Assembly (NCBI GenBank): GCA_964016885.1
Contig: OZ024749.1
Location: 30,008,001 to 30,072,000, forward strand
From: Eledone cirrhosa
Taxonomy: Eukaryota
DNA length: 64,000 nt
Direction: 5' to 3'
The notes beneath the pieces were generated by a model that saw nothing but the letters and a program-made list of their open reading frames with translations, was not told the DNA's origin and did not search any database. A program made the translations under genes and the position numbers. The first letter of the stretch is position 1; each line of letters opens with the position of its first letter. Shown here piece after piece: positions 13,743 to 27,345 of this stretch.

Positions 13743-14454
13743 TTATAAAGAGGAATTAGAGCAATAGTATAAACTCTACCGACCTATATCACAAGAACGA
13801 TCCATATATGTCACAGAGGACTAAGAAGAGTGGGGTGCTTGGACGACGCGTCAACGCTAGAAGCCGATACATATAAGACCAAAATCAGTTACAATAATTA
13901 AAGATAAGGAAAAATAAGGAAAAAATAAGGAAAGATAATTAAAGATAAGGAAAAATAAAAGATAAGGAAATTAAAGATAAGAGATAAAACGTAAACGGTA
14001 GAGTCTATAAGTAAAGATAAAATAAAGATAACAATAAAGTGATGATAATATAAGGAAATATAAAAAATATAAAGAAATTAAAAAAAATAATAACAAATAA
14101 TAAAAATAAAAATAAACATTAGAATAAAAAATAGGAGGTGATAAAAATAAAAATAAAAATGAAACATAAAAGATAACACATTATATAAGCAATGCAAATA
14201 AATGCAAGTAAATAAGGTTGTAGATAGTAAAGGATTTCAGAGGTGACAGTTTAAGAATAGTATCAACCAAAGTGAATGTAGGCAGAGTCAGATATAGCGG
14301 GAGCCAGATAAAGCGATCATATCGTAGAATTCCATGTATCCATCACAGTATGACAACAAGTGTTATAGGTGGCGTTCAAATGCAATTTATCTGTGTGGAT
14401 CACAGAACATACAGGTCGCTAGAGCAAAGTGTAGTGGAAGCAGGTGAAAGCAAT

Positions 14455-14520
<66 letters not shown>

Positions 14521-14571
14521 GAAATAAAATAACAGGAGGCTGGACTGGTGTAAATCCTTGAAAGGTTTATT

Positions 14572-14629
14572 ATACCATGATCATTTCAATGACCGGGTTC
14601 CATATGAATCCGGTGATATCATCAGGTAT
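14572..14629 (-). ncRNA. Hammerhead-like motif with UG at the cleavage site (probably inactive)
   Basis: atac-CTGATGA-tatcaccgg..ccggtcatt-GAAA-TGATCA-TG-gtat. Confidence 0.55.
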
Positions 14630-14754
14630 TGGAATATAACAAAGGAATATGTAAAAAACCATGGGTCCGAAAAATCAGAGACAGAGACAGAAACGACGAC
14701 TGACGAACTAGCTTCTCGGCCAGTCGCCCTCAAAGTGTTGGCAACTGAAGCTAC

Positions 14755-15181
14755 TAAAGAAAAATGATATATCGTCCAGGTGTGTGAACGACATCTCATC
14801 TCTCTAAGATTATTAATTAAAACAGAAGGGCTTTAACGATAACAAGGCTAATCTTTTATTAAATGATTCATTTAATAAAACACAACAATATAATTACATT
14901 CACAGGACATACCCTGCAAGCTAAACGGCAATGGCTTAATTCTTACATTCAAGAAGAGATATGAAAATCTCTTGGTCAAAAACAGGCGTTTTTACAAAGT
15001 ACGTCCACGTGGCAGGACAAAGGCGACTGGAATGATAAACCAAATCTCTTGAGTTTTACATTGGCGTCTCTTCTTTTAGAGAACGCCGAGATAAGGGTAG
15101 TAATTCGCTATTTTTTTGTGTTACCCACAGGTGGCGACACTGCGTTGCTATAGTCAACACACTGTCGCCATAGTTACTACA
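14755..15181 (-). repeat. 3' LTR
   Basis: Begins TGTAGTAAC on the minus strand after PPT-like CTGGTCGGAGGTGAT and contains AATAAA. About 4 substitutions and 1 indel versus 18134-18561 by eye. Confidence 0.88.
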
Positions 15182-15605
15182 ATCACCTCCGACCAGATTT
15201 TTAATAAAAATCGTAAAACAAACGATAGCATGGAGGAACCAGAAGTTGTAAATTGGTGCAAGAAAAATTCCTGTAGTATATAACAATGAAGCCAAATCCT
15301 TACAAGGTACTCTTTACAAGTTGTTGAAACCGGTTTCAAAACGAACAATATAGAGGTGAAATAGGTTAATGCATGCAAGCATTACACAACACATATACAA
15401 CAAATGCAATAATTATACACATGCAGCAATAAATGCAAAATGCATTAAAAATACGATAGGCATTGCAAATGCAATAGGCAGTAAGGTTACAAAATGCAAT
15501 GAAAAATTATAATATGCCTTAAAAATAACATAGGCAGTCAGGGTACAAAATGCAACAACAAATTCAATATACAGTAAAAATAAGTGCAAGAAAAAAGAAT
15601 ACAAT

Positions 15606-18130
15606 TCAGAAGTGTATAGTACTGCATAGCTTACGGGGCCAATGCACCCTTCGACCTGAACGGGTCGTATTTCTGAAAGTTGGTGGTGGTGGTGGGGGTG
15701 GGGTGGGGTGGGGGGGAGGTTGACAGGACTTAGAAACAAGTGTATGTGGCGAAGAAAAAGAAGGGGGTATTTGTGGTTCAAGTGTCACTGTGTCAGTGTC
15801 CAGATTGGCTCGTTTGAGGCGATCAACGGAAATAGTTTCCCTGGACCCCCTAATGTCCACTGTGAAATGTTTCTCTGTACGAGCAAGCACACGATAGGGT
15901 CCAGAGTACGGCCGTGTGAGAGGGGCGTCTCACAGCGTCGTCTTTAAAGAACACATGTGTCCACAAGGAAATATCCCTTGGGACGGCAGTTTTTACAGTT
16001 TGCTTCCTAGTGTCCATCGGTGGTAAATCCTGGAAGTAAGAATGAAGCCGGGACACGTAGAAAGCGGGATCTTGCGAAGCAAGATCAACAGGAGCAAGCA
16101 TTTGACCCGGTAACGCAAGAGGAGTACCATAAATCAATTCGGCCGGGGAGAACCCAAGGTCCACCTTTATTGTCGACCGAATACCTAACAACACAATAGG
16201 TAGGTACTCACTCCAACGTGAAGAGTCCATTGAAGCCCTTAAGGAGGCTTTAAGCTGTCTGTGAAATCTTTCCACCATTCCGTTTGATGCTGGATGATAT
16301 GCCGTGGTTCTTATGTGAGTGGCGCCAATAATTTGTGTTAATTCACGGAAGAGGTTCGATTGAAATTGACGACCGCGGTCTGTTGTTATTGTGGTTGGTA
16401 CTCCAAAACGAGCGATCCATGCAGATACGAGAGTACGCGCTGTCGTTTCAGCAGTGATATCTGTCATAGGGATGGCTTCAGGCCAACACGAAAAACGGTC
16501 AACGATCGTCAAAATATACGAATAACCACGACTAATCGGCCACGGGCCGACGATGTCCACATGAATGTGACGAAATCTGGCATCAGGACAGGTGAAAGTT
16601 CCGAGAGGAGTTTTAACGTGCTTATGAACTTTTGACTTTTGGCAAGCGACACAGGAACGGCACCAAGCAGCAATGTCACGTCTCATATCAGGCCAGAAAA
16701 ATCTGGCTGTTATGAGTTTTACCGAGGCTGTAGCTCCTGGGTGAGAAATGCCATGCAAAGCGAGAAATACAGTTCGTCGATGACCAACTGGGACGAGAGG
16801 TCGTGATGAGTGCAACGAGATATCACAAAGTATCTGTCCGTCAGCGGTTGATAAAGGAAGGTATTTCATATTGCAGTTAATGAACTCCGGCGATGTGCAA
16901 TCCAATGATTCAAGCGAGGGTTGGTCAAGGGCCATTTGATGCAAATCTATATCGTTAGACGACGAGATCGAAGCTATCGGGAGGCGAGACAAGGCGTCTG
17001 CCGCAGTGTTCAAAGCACCCGGAATATGTTGAATATCATTGGTGTATTGGGAAACAAAATCCAGATGTCTAGTTTCCCTAGGCGAATATTTGTCAGATTT
17101 TGATCTTAAAGCGAAAATCAACGGTTTGTGATCTGTGAAAATAGTGAACGCTCTCCCGCCCAGAACATGGGAGAAATGTTTCACAGATAAATAAATTGCT
17201 AAAAGCTCACGCCTGAAAGTACTATAACGATTTTCGGCAGGCTTTAGCTTTCTCGAAAAAAATTCCAGTGGTTGTTGTAAACCATCGCACTTCTGTTGCA
17301 AGACTGCGCCGACGGCGGTATCCGACGCATCAATACAGAGCGATAGCTCGGCGTTGGGTACTGGGTGGGCGAGCAAAGACGCGCTCGCTAACGCCTTTTT
17401 CACTTCTTTAAAATCCTCAAGCTGCGTTTTATTTAAGGAAATGTCCATATTCTTACGCCGGCAATTTAAAAAAATTTCTGTCAACGAGAACAGCAAGCTG
17501 GAACAATTAGGCACGAATCGCCTATAAAAATTTACAAGGCCTAAGAATTGACGTAATTGTCGCAGTGAACTTGGCGGAGGCAAATCCGATACTGCCTTAA
17601 CCTTCTCAGGAAGAGATCGAATACCATCGGCGTCAATCAGATGGCCTAAAAATGTTAGTGAAGTCGAGCCGAAAACACACTTGGAAGCATTAATACGAAC
17701 ATTAGTACCAGTAATGTACTGGGTAATTGCTGGCCTTGTGCCAATAGTAGAAACAAGTATATCTCTGTAAACGACGAAATACGAGATCCAGATGCTTTGA
17801 ATGCTGCTCAGGAGAAGAACTAGCAATCAACACATCATCGATATACGTGTACACAAAATCCAGGCACCGAGTAACATCATCCATAAATCGTTGGAAGGTA
17901 CTAGCCGCATTTCTTAGCCCGAAAGGCATAGTAAGGAACTCGAAATATCCAAAAGGAGTGGCAATAGCAGTCTTCGGAATATCCTCCTTTTTAACCGGAA
18001 TCTGATTATAAGCACGAATCAAATCGAGGTTAGAAAAAATTGTGCAACCTTGTAATGAAGAAGCGAAATCCTGCAAATGCGGGATTGGATAACGGTCAGG
18101 CACAGTAATCGCGTTTAAGCGTCGGTAGTC
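15606..18130 (-). pseudogene. pol: Disrupted Gypsy pol (RT, RNase H, integrase with GPY/F tail)
   Basis: RT DYRRLN..PFGLRNA..YIDD; RNase H DAS..RELLAI..TDHKPL; IN HHCC (HGISHPG..CVAC) and DDE (HVDIVGP, TDRGRQF, NGMVERF). Frameshift near 15922 into [16 protein letters not shown], and a 55-bp insertion at 17704-17758. Confidence 0.92.
17704..17756 (+). mobile_element. Internal fragment of SINE family 2 inserted in RT
   Basis: agtaccagtaatgtactgggtaattgctggccttgtgccaatagtagaaacaa matches 2927-2978 and 21965-22017. Confidence 0.85.
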
Positions 18131-18133
18131 TAA

Positions 18134-18561
18134 TAAAGAAAAATGATATATCGTCCAGGTGTGTGAACGACATCTCATCTCTCTAAGATTATTAATTAAA
18201 ACAGAAGGGCTTTAACGATAACAAGGCTAATCTTTTATTAAATGATTCATTTAATAAAAACACAACAATATAATTACATTCACAGGACATACCCTGCAAG
18301 CTAAACGGCAATGGCTTAATTCTTACATTCAAGAAGAGATATGAAAATCTCTTGGTCAAAAACAGGCGTTTTTACAAAGCACATCCACGTGGCAGGACAA
18401 AGGCGACTGGAATGATAAACCAAATCTCTTGAGTTTTACATTGGCGTCTCTTCTTTTAGAGAACGCCGAGATAAGGGAAGTAATTCGCTATTTTTTTGTG
18501 TTACCCACAGGTGGCGACACTGCGTTGCTATAGTTAACACACTGTCGCCATAGTTACTACA
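18134..18561 (-). repeat. 5' LTR
   Basis: Copy of 14755-15181 that abuts the RT codons D-Y-R almost directly. Confidence 0.88.
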
Positions 18562-19087
18562 CTACTAATGAGTATCTGGTGAGGGGGCGAAGGCTTATAA
18601 TGCACTACTACCACTCCGTCAAAGAAGAAGGGGAAGAAAGAAAGGGATAAAGAAGAGTAGTGTAAAGGGTCATACTACATTCATGCTAGAAAATGCCGCG
18701 AAAAAATGGTACCCTAGAGAATCTATAATGGGTGTCTGTATGGTCTGTATGGTCTAATATATATAAACCACAGACCCTCCATCAGATGTGACAAAAACCA
18801 CAGACCCTCCATCTCAACTCACCTTTTGAAAAGCAGAAGAACTGCGAAACCGGTAAAGGAACCAAATAAATATATATATTTAAAAAAAAATAAGACTCCA
18901 GTTGCATTTTCGATTTCATCTCTTTTTCTTTATACTTTCACTCGTGTAGGACACCTCGGTTATTTTTCATTTTGTAAAAAAAAACCTCACTTTCTAATAT
19001 ATATATATATATATGTAATATATATAGAGTAATATATATATATAAAGAAGAGTAGTGTAAAGGGTCATACTACATTCATACATAATG

Positions 19088-19120
<33 letters not shown>

Positions 19121-19136
19121 GTAATATATATATGAG

Positions 19137-19207
<71 letters not shown>

Positions 19208-19783
19208 ATATATATAGAGTAATATATATATATATAAATATATATAGAGAGAGAGATGAAAGAGAGATATATACATGTAATTCTGTCGGGAAATGATATT
19301 TCTGTAACTGGAAGGTATGTGTTACGAAGTACAATAAGTCTTAATAAAAAGTACGAAGTTTTTATTTCTTGTTATATATTCACCATTATATTTCTCTAAC
19401 ACTTTCTCACATACTTTGCCGCTCTTAGTCCTTCTCTCCCGACACCCGACTCTATATATAATTCTGTAATAGTACAGAGCATTCACATATATATAAATTT
19501 AAGATGGCTGCCGTAGTTTTAAGCATGAATGCACTATGTGTATCTCGAATACTTTTCACACTATACATTCATTTATCTTATACATGGTGATCCATTTGTC
19601 CATGAGTAATGTAATGTGTCTGATGATTTAAAAAAAAAGACAGTATTATTTTCTAACTCCCACTATATATATATATATACAGAGAGAGGGAGAGAAAGAG
19701 AGAGAGAATAATTTTTACAAAGTTAGCTATGACAGATTCCTAGCGTTACTTTATATATATTATATATGTATATATATATATAC

Positions 19784-19909
<126 letters not shown>

Positions 19910-19981
19910 CATATATAGAGTAACGCTAGGAATCTGTCATTTGTAAAAATCATTCTCTCTCTTTCTCTTTCTCTCCCTCTC

Positions 19982-20044
<63 letters not shown>

Positions 20045-20444
20045 CTCTATATATTTGTATAACTCTCATTTAGCTATCATTATTGAGATGTTTAGTACGT
20101 CAGAGTGGCAAATAACTTTCTGTTGGATATATATATATACATGTTCACAAATACACATATACACCCATTTACATATTGATATACATTCTGTGATTGTATG
20201 TATGTGTATCCATATATATTTATGTACATGTGTGCCTGTGATTGTATGTGTGTGTATGTGTATGTGTGTATACGTACGTTAGTTACTAGACGTAACTAAA
20301 TGTATATACCATTCATATATATATATATCCTTTTATAAAGTATAAAACTTGCAGAAATACGCATTCGTTTAGTTAATACATCATTCGGTTTAGGAAATAC
20401 ACATAAAATATTCTTAAAGCTCTACTCCTGTAGAGTCAGCTCAC

Positions 20445-20780
20445 TCTCGAGTGCTACTGGTAGCGTGTAACCCAGTACAACCTGTCGCATGGTCGGGTCG
20501 TCGGCGACTAAACAGGCAACCTCACCAACTTTACCTGGTGAGGAGGAGGATTTTGGACACCCTGCAGGATGAAAAACAAATCCTGACAAAGGGCGGAAGA
20601 ATTGATAAAAATCAACGGCCGTCTAAGAAAGAAAAAAGAAAAACAAATCCTGCCAAATAAATGGGTGGCAGTAGTTCCAGCTGCACGCATCAAAAGACTG
20701 GTGTAGTGGTTCTGAGAACAATGCTGCTTTGCAGATGATCAATGCAAATTGACAATGGAAAGGAGAAACAGCGACCCCTA
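20445..20780 (+). mobile_element. LINE 5'-UTR-like element related to the head of the (TATG)n-tailed family
   Basis: catggtcgggtcgtcggcgactaaacaggcaacctcacc...ctgcaggatgaaaaacaaatcctgacaaagggc is similar to 43466-43571. Confidence 0.55.
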
Positions 20781-20952
20781 ATTGTATTCAGCAACCGAAA
20801 CAAATATAAAATACACCAAATCCAATGCTCCTAGGGTCGGCCCTGGTTCTTCTTATTTGCGAGTGTAAACTCGGCCAGATTAGATTAGATTTAATCTACT
20901 CCCGTAGAAGAATAAATTAATTGAGCTTGCGTTAACAAGATTAGCGTTAAAA

Positions 20953-21030
<78 letters not shown>

Positions 21031-21071
21031 GATATTAAGCAAATGGAAACTATATTTATAAAACCATATTT

Positions 21072-21135
21072 ATTTCATTATATATATTTCAGGGATATCA
21101 TATTAAAAATATGGTATGACCTCTTCAGACAAAAT
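21072..21135 (-). ncRNA. Type I hammerhead, family B
   Basis: Inverted partner of 21447-21510 with a CTGAAGA core. Confidence 0.65.
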
Positions 21136-21446
21136 ACAATATATAAACAGTTTTATAAATAAATTTGACATACCTTAAACTTTACAACTTCCATTTAACA
21201 TCCTCAATATTTCTCTCTCCCATATCTCTCTCTCTATCTCGCTCTGTTGTTTTTTCTTTACATACATTTCTTCATTTTCTTCGTCTTCCTCTCTAACTGT
21301 CCTTAGCACTATACACTTTCTTTCTTTTTCTCTTCGTCTTTCTTTCTAACTGTCCTTAACATTTTCACTACCAAAACAACTTTTTAAATGGAAGTTGTAA
21401 AGTTTAAGGTATGTCAAATTTATTTATAAAACTGTTTATATATTGT

Positions 21447-21510
21447 ATTTTGTCTGAAGAGGGCATACCATATTTTTAATATGATATCCCTGAAATATAT
21501 ATAATGAAAT
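21447..21510 (+). ncRNA. Type I hammerhead, family B
   Basis: attttgt-CTGAAGA-gggcatac..atatccct-GAAA-TATATA-TA-atgaaat. Confidence 0.7.
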
Positions 21511-21679
21511 AAATATGGTTTTATAAATATAGTTTCCATTTGCTTAATATCGTAAATTTACTCCAAAAACTTGTTGAGTGCTTTTATATCAGTTATAAAA
21601 TATTTACTCGTTGTAACCCAACAATTTTAAATAAAACTTTTGCATATATATATATATATTTATTAAAATAACAGATTAA

Positions 21680-21730
21680 AGTTTAAGCAAAGAATCGCTG
21701 CTTTCACCCTTAACGGGATCTTCTGAAACT
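21680..21730 (-). ncRNA. Hammerhead-like motif, family A (CAGAAGA)
   Basis: Reverse complement of the 4925-4975 motif with the same core variant. Confidence 0.6.
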
Positions 21731-21896
21731 AACAAAGTCAATCTGTAAACGCAGAAGTGGATATTTCAGAAAACGTTGCAATCGGAGGAAGACAGGAAGT
21801 CGATACTTTGGTTAGTGAAAACGTTCCCTGGCAAACAACGGCAAAAAACGAATATAATACGTCATTAATAATACGTCATTAATATATATATATATA

Positions 21897-22017
21897 TAGT
21901 TACGTCCCTTTAAATCCCGCCGAGGTTGACTTTGCCTTTCATCTTTACGGGGTCGATAAAATAAAGTACCAGTAATGCACTGGGTAATTGCTGGCCTTGT
22001 GCCTAATGTAGAAACAA

Positions 22018-22020
<3 letters not shown>
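21897..22020 (+). mobile_element. SINE family 2, 5'-truncated
   Basis: cccgccgaggttgactttgcctttcatctttacggggtcgataaaataaagtaccag. Confidence 0.75.
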
Positions 22021-22088
<68 letters not shown>

Positions 22089-22195
22089 CGAAAGCAATGT
22101 GGTAAGGAACCAGGTGGACCATAACGCACCAAAGTACTCAATACTGAATTAGCCGTCGAAACGGCTTGAGCTCAGCCGTCGGGGTCCTACTCGTT

Positions 22196-22253
<58 letters not shown>

Positions 22254-23269
22254 TTAGAAACACACAGATACCCGCGGACACACACATATATACATGAATG
22301 CATCCGCACCCAACTGTGAGTTAAGGGTGCCAACTTCACCGATGTTGCTCAATGAATGACTGGGACAGACCAATTCAGTTGAACCAGACTGAACCAGTAT
22401 CAGAGTTAAAAATACATTATGAAGAGAGAAGAAACATTTAGATATAATTAGTAATAAAATGTATCATACCTAAACTGCTCCTAAATTCCTCGACTACGTA
22501 GTTTCGTGGCATAAACAAAAACAATATATCATAAAGATATAGAGTTCCTGCGAGGTCTGCCGACTTATCAAGAGGATACCTCATTTTACTAGTCTCAAGA
22601 ACGCGTCTACACGACGTGAGAGAGAATCCCAAAAGGCGGAGGGGGAGATAGTCACGCGATATAACGGTCGAGAAACAGAGCTAAGCCTCTTCTAACCACG
22701 AAGAAAATACCACGGAGGCGGAGGGGGTATTCATATCGAGGCCGTAGAAGAGGTGGTGAAGAAGGCGAGAAGTATGAGTAATGGAAGCTTTCCAGTTGTC
22801 CCCACACTTCAAAGATTGCTCGACCAGAGGGAGTTATTAACAATATATTTAGAAACACACAGATACCCGCGGACACACACATATATACATGAATGCATCC
22901 GCACCCAACTGTGAGTTATACACATACATATATATATATAATAGTTCCCCCTTCGCAGTGATATCGAACCAACGAACCAAACACTCAATGATTGAGAATC
23001 GAACGTATGGAACAATTTGATCACGCAGCATCTGAATTTTTTTTTACTCTTTTCATTGGAATCTATTTTTGAATACTAATTAAAACTTTGGAATTCTAAT
23101 TTTCACCCAGTCTTTAAGTTTAAGAAGAAACCTGTAAGATACATGAGAGATTTAAATAAAGTCCTATCTTTATATATAATGGAATCTCAGAACATTCTCG
23201 ATGGTTGTATATGATATGGTTGGTTGGTATTAGTACGGCTTAAGACATTTTATATTAGAGATGTGAAAA

Positions 23270-23494
23270 GTAATAGTAATAGTAGTAGCGGTGGTGGTGG
23301 TGGTAGTATTATTAATAGTATTGGTGATGTTATTGTTATTAATAGTACTAAAGTAGTAGCGGTGGTGGTGGTGGTAGAATAAGAATAAGACGACGGTGAA
23401 GAAGAAGAAGAAGATGAAGAAGAAGAAGACGGCGGCGAAGAAGAAGAAGAAGAAGAAGAAGAAGAAGAAGAAGAAGAAGAAGAAGAGAAATGAA

Positions 23495-23528
<34 letters not shown>

Positions 23529-23640
23529 GTAAGAAGAAAAAGATAAAAATAAAAAGAAGAAGATAAAATTAACGAGAAGAAGATAAAAATAACGAGAAGA
23601 AGAAGAAGAAGAAGAAGAAGAAAAAGAAGAAGAAAAAACG
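23270..23640. repeat. Compound trinucleotide microsatellite (TAG/GGT/GAA/AAT)
   Basis: Directly visible runs. Confidence 0.9.
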
Positions 23641-25932
23641 AGGAAAAATAAAATGATGAAAACGACGTAGCTTCATGAAATACATTAACATTGCAATATT
23701 ATGATAATTATGAAATATATGGACAGAGTGCATCTGAAGCTAAAAGTTTGACGAAGTGATTTTTTCTACATCTTGTTTTATTATATCTTGGAAGTTATAA
23801 TAAACTGAAGTATTTGAAAAGTGCATGAACCAATAATCATTTGGCCCTGCAGGCACGAGTATAACTTCGCAGCTAAAGAATGAAATAAAATATATTATAT
23901 TATTTTATATTAATATATCACGTTATATATGAATTGTAATTTATTTTTTGTTTTGTTTCTCCTGTTTGCACTGCAAAATCTTTCACTGTTATATAAAAAA
24001 TCATTGTGTCTAAATTTGGCACAAGGCCGGCAATTTGTGTGTGTGTCTGTATCTGAGTGTGTGTATGTGTGTATGTGTGTGTGGGTACAGTCAATTATAT
24101 TAACTCTAGTCCTTGACTGGTAATTTATTTTATCGAATTTAGGTAGGGTAAATTTGACCCCGAATTCGGGTAAATTTGACCCCGAAAAGTATTTGATACC
24201 ACAACGTATAAGGCAGTATTGAAACAGTGCAATATATGTCCGATGCGCTACAGATTCTGTCATGTCCCTACCTTCTTCGCAGATATAATCATAATGATTT
24301 TCGATTTAGACATAAGCCAACAATGTTGGTGGTTGAGTAAAGTCGATAAATCGATCCCAGTACGTTACTGCTACTTTATTTTATTGACCCCGTAAGGTTG
24401 AAAAGAAAAGCTAACGTCGGCAAAATTTGAACAAAGTATGGTGTCTGACGCTCTACCAATTATTGTCAATCCACCGCCGTTCGCAAATATAGAAGGGCCT
24501 GTTGAGAACTTCATAGGATGACTATGAAGGAGTGATGCTAGAGCGCTGAAACTCTTCTTATTAATAACATGAGCGGGCGTCAACCGTTTAATATACTACG
24601 AGTTTTTATTTTAAAAGCATACCTGTCTTTTTTTTCTTTTTTTTTTTAATAAATCCTATTGAGTCAGCGAATTGGCAGTGTTGATGGAACATCGGATAGA
24701 ACGCTTTGTAACTCTCTACTCTCTGAGTTCAAATCCCACTGAAGTTAATTTGCCTTTCATCCATTCGTGGTCGATAAAAACAGTACCAGTTTACTACTGA
24801 TTTCGATTCTTTCTCTATATCTGTTTCTCCCTTCTATTCTTTCACTCATTCTCTATCCTGCTGTATTCATACCTGGAGAGGAGTTGGCTTGCCAGGTTTT
24901 AAAGAAAATTCTTAAAAATCGCCATATGTCATTACGGTGCCCCTACAAGACCATCATACAAGCATTTCTATAGCTAGTTGTTGCGTGCCGGAATCTGATT
25001 TTTTCTTTTTCATTTTCTCTCGCTGATTAAATTTGCCAAGAAAAGAGAGAAAAAAATCAATGATAATTGAAAAATAATTAAAAAGTAACGAAAAGAAAAA
25101 AGATACGAAACATATATCCAGTAGGCAGATGTTTTTGCTGCGTTTGATAATTTAAATTAATAATATTTTCGTTTGAAAATATCGCTAATTTGTTAGTTTT
25201 CTTTTATGATTTTCTAGTTGTGAAATATTACTGCGATAACACACATACACACAGAGAGACACTTACACACAAACACACATAAATAGCCCCTCACACACAT
25301 ACATACATACAGACACACACACATATATATATATAATATATATATATAGTTTATATATATAATATATATAATATATTTGTAATATATATATAATATATGT
25401 ATAATATATATAATATATATATAATATATATATATAATATATATATATAAGTATATATTACACAAAGAGAAGTGTGTTACACAGTGAGATGTGTTTAAAC
25501 AATTATTACGAGTGATTGTTTTTTTTTTATTTAATTGCTAACCTGTAGATATTGTTCCCTATACAGTAACGGTAAAATCACTCGTAATAATTCTTTACAC
25601 ACATCTCACTGTGCAACACACTTCTCTTTGTGTAATATATACTTGCATTTGGGCTCAGAAGGAAATTCTTTATTCTTCTTTGAGCTAATACTATTATTAT
25701 TATTACAGTGAACTGCGGAATACTCTTAATTCCGATCTTTGTATACTTAATGAGCTCCAAATTGTTGAGCTAATAAATTCGAATGGTTAGGCTGCACTTT
25801 CTAGCGACTTCCCCAATCCATGAGAGCCGTTATTTGATGCAAATAACACGTGATTTCGCCCTACTCTGGCCAGCGTGTCTATTAGCAATCTCTCTATCCA
25901 TGAGGTTAGATGTGTAGTGTTCAGTGCTCGCA

Positions 25933-26009
25933 TTTGCTGACTGAGGATCCTGTGACCTGTTATACTTCACATATAAGTGGTGAAACGAAGCGAGATTCGT
26001 ATCAGCAAA
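25933..26009 (+). ncRNA. Type I hammerhead ribozyme with full stem III
   Basis: tttgctga-CTGAGGA-tcc...ggt-GAAA-CGAA gcgaga TTCG-TA-tcagcaaa. Perfect 8-bp stem I and 5-bp stem III. Confidence 0.8.
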
Positions 26010-27152
26010 ATATAGTTATAAGGTTTGTAATTTAAAACTCTAATCCAGAGATTTGATTCTGAATTGTTTTTTTTTCTATTTAATTGCTAACCTGTAGATA
26101 TTGTTCCCTATACAGTAACGGTAAAACTCGCTTGTAATAATTCTTTACACACATCTCACTGTGTAACACACTTCTCTTTGTGTAATATATTTGCATTTGA
26201 GCTCAGAAGGAAATTCTCTATTTCTTCTTCGAGCTAATACTATTATTATTATTACAGTGAACTGCGGAATACTCTTAATTCCGATCTTTGTATATATATA
26301 TATATATATATTATATATATTTATATATATATATATATATGTATATTATATATATATATATATGTATATTATATATATATTATATATATATAATATATAC
26401 ATATACTATACATAATATATATAATATATATAATATATTTTATATATATATAATATATATATATATATAATGTATATGTATAATATATATATATATAATA
26501 TATATATATAATATATATATATATAATGTATATATATAATATATATATACAATGTATATATAATATATATATATAATATATATATATATATAATATATAT
26601 ATATATTATTTAAATATATATATATAATATATATATATATATTATATATATTATATATATATATATTATAAATATATATATATTTTATATATATATATAT
26701 ATTATATATATATATGTATATATATATATGTATATATATATGTATTATATATATTATATCTATATATATATATATTATATACGTATATCATATATATATA
26801 TATTATATATATATACATTATATATATATTATATATATACATTAAATATATATATTATATATATACATTATATATATATATATATTATATATTATATATA
26901 TATTATATATATTATATATATTATATATATTATGTATATAGTATATATATATAAATTATATATATATAATATATATATAATATATATATATATAATATAC
27001 ATATATATACATATATAAATATATATATATATAATATATGGAACAAGAAGGCATAACATATTGTTAATATGATATCCCTGAAATATATATAATGAAATAA
27101 ATATGGTTTTATAAATATAGTTTCCATTTATTTAATATCGTATATATATAAT

Positions 27153-27188
<36 letters not shown>

Positions 27189-27264
27189 AAATAGCGGAGC
27201 AAGCGGTTATCAAACAATTCTCTAAATAAATTAAAAAACGATTTAAATAATCACCTGTTCTATT

Positions 27265-27345
27265 GCTGTTACCGACGGTTTCATCATTCCAAAAGATTGG
27301 AAATCCAGAGAATTTCCAATGGAAAGAAATGAATCTTCAGACAGC
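27265..27345 (-). ncRNA. Type I hammerhead ribozyme with long stem II
   Basis: gctgt-CTGAAGA-ttcatt...ttggaaat..atttccaa...aatgat-GAAA-CCGTCGG-TA-acagc. Truncated second copy near 27735-27770. Confidence 0.78.

Larger units (their letters stand above)
14755..18561 (-). mobile_element. Ty3/Gypsy LTR retrotransposon, internally deleted (no PBS, gag or protease)
   Basis: Two ~427-bp direct repeats enclose RT-RNaseH-integrase in Gypsy order. Candidate CTAC target duplication at 14751-14754 and 18562-18565. Confidence 0.92.

Noticed and set aside
14558-15378. Small ORFs in and around the 3' LTR
   Set aside because: They overlap LTR or flank sequence and show no gag or env motifs.
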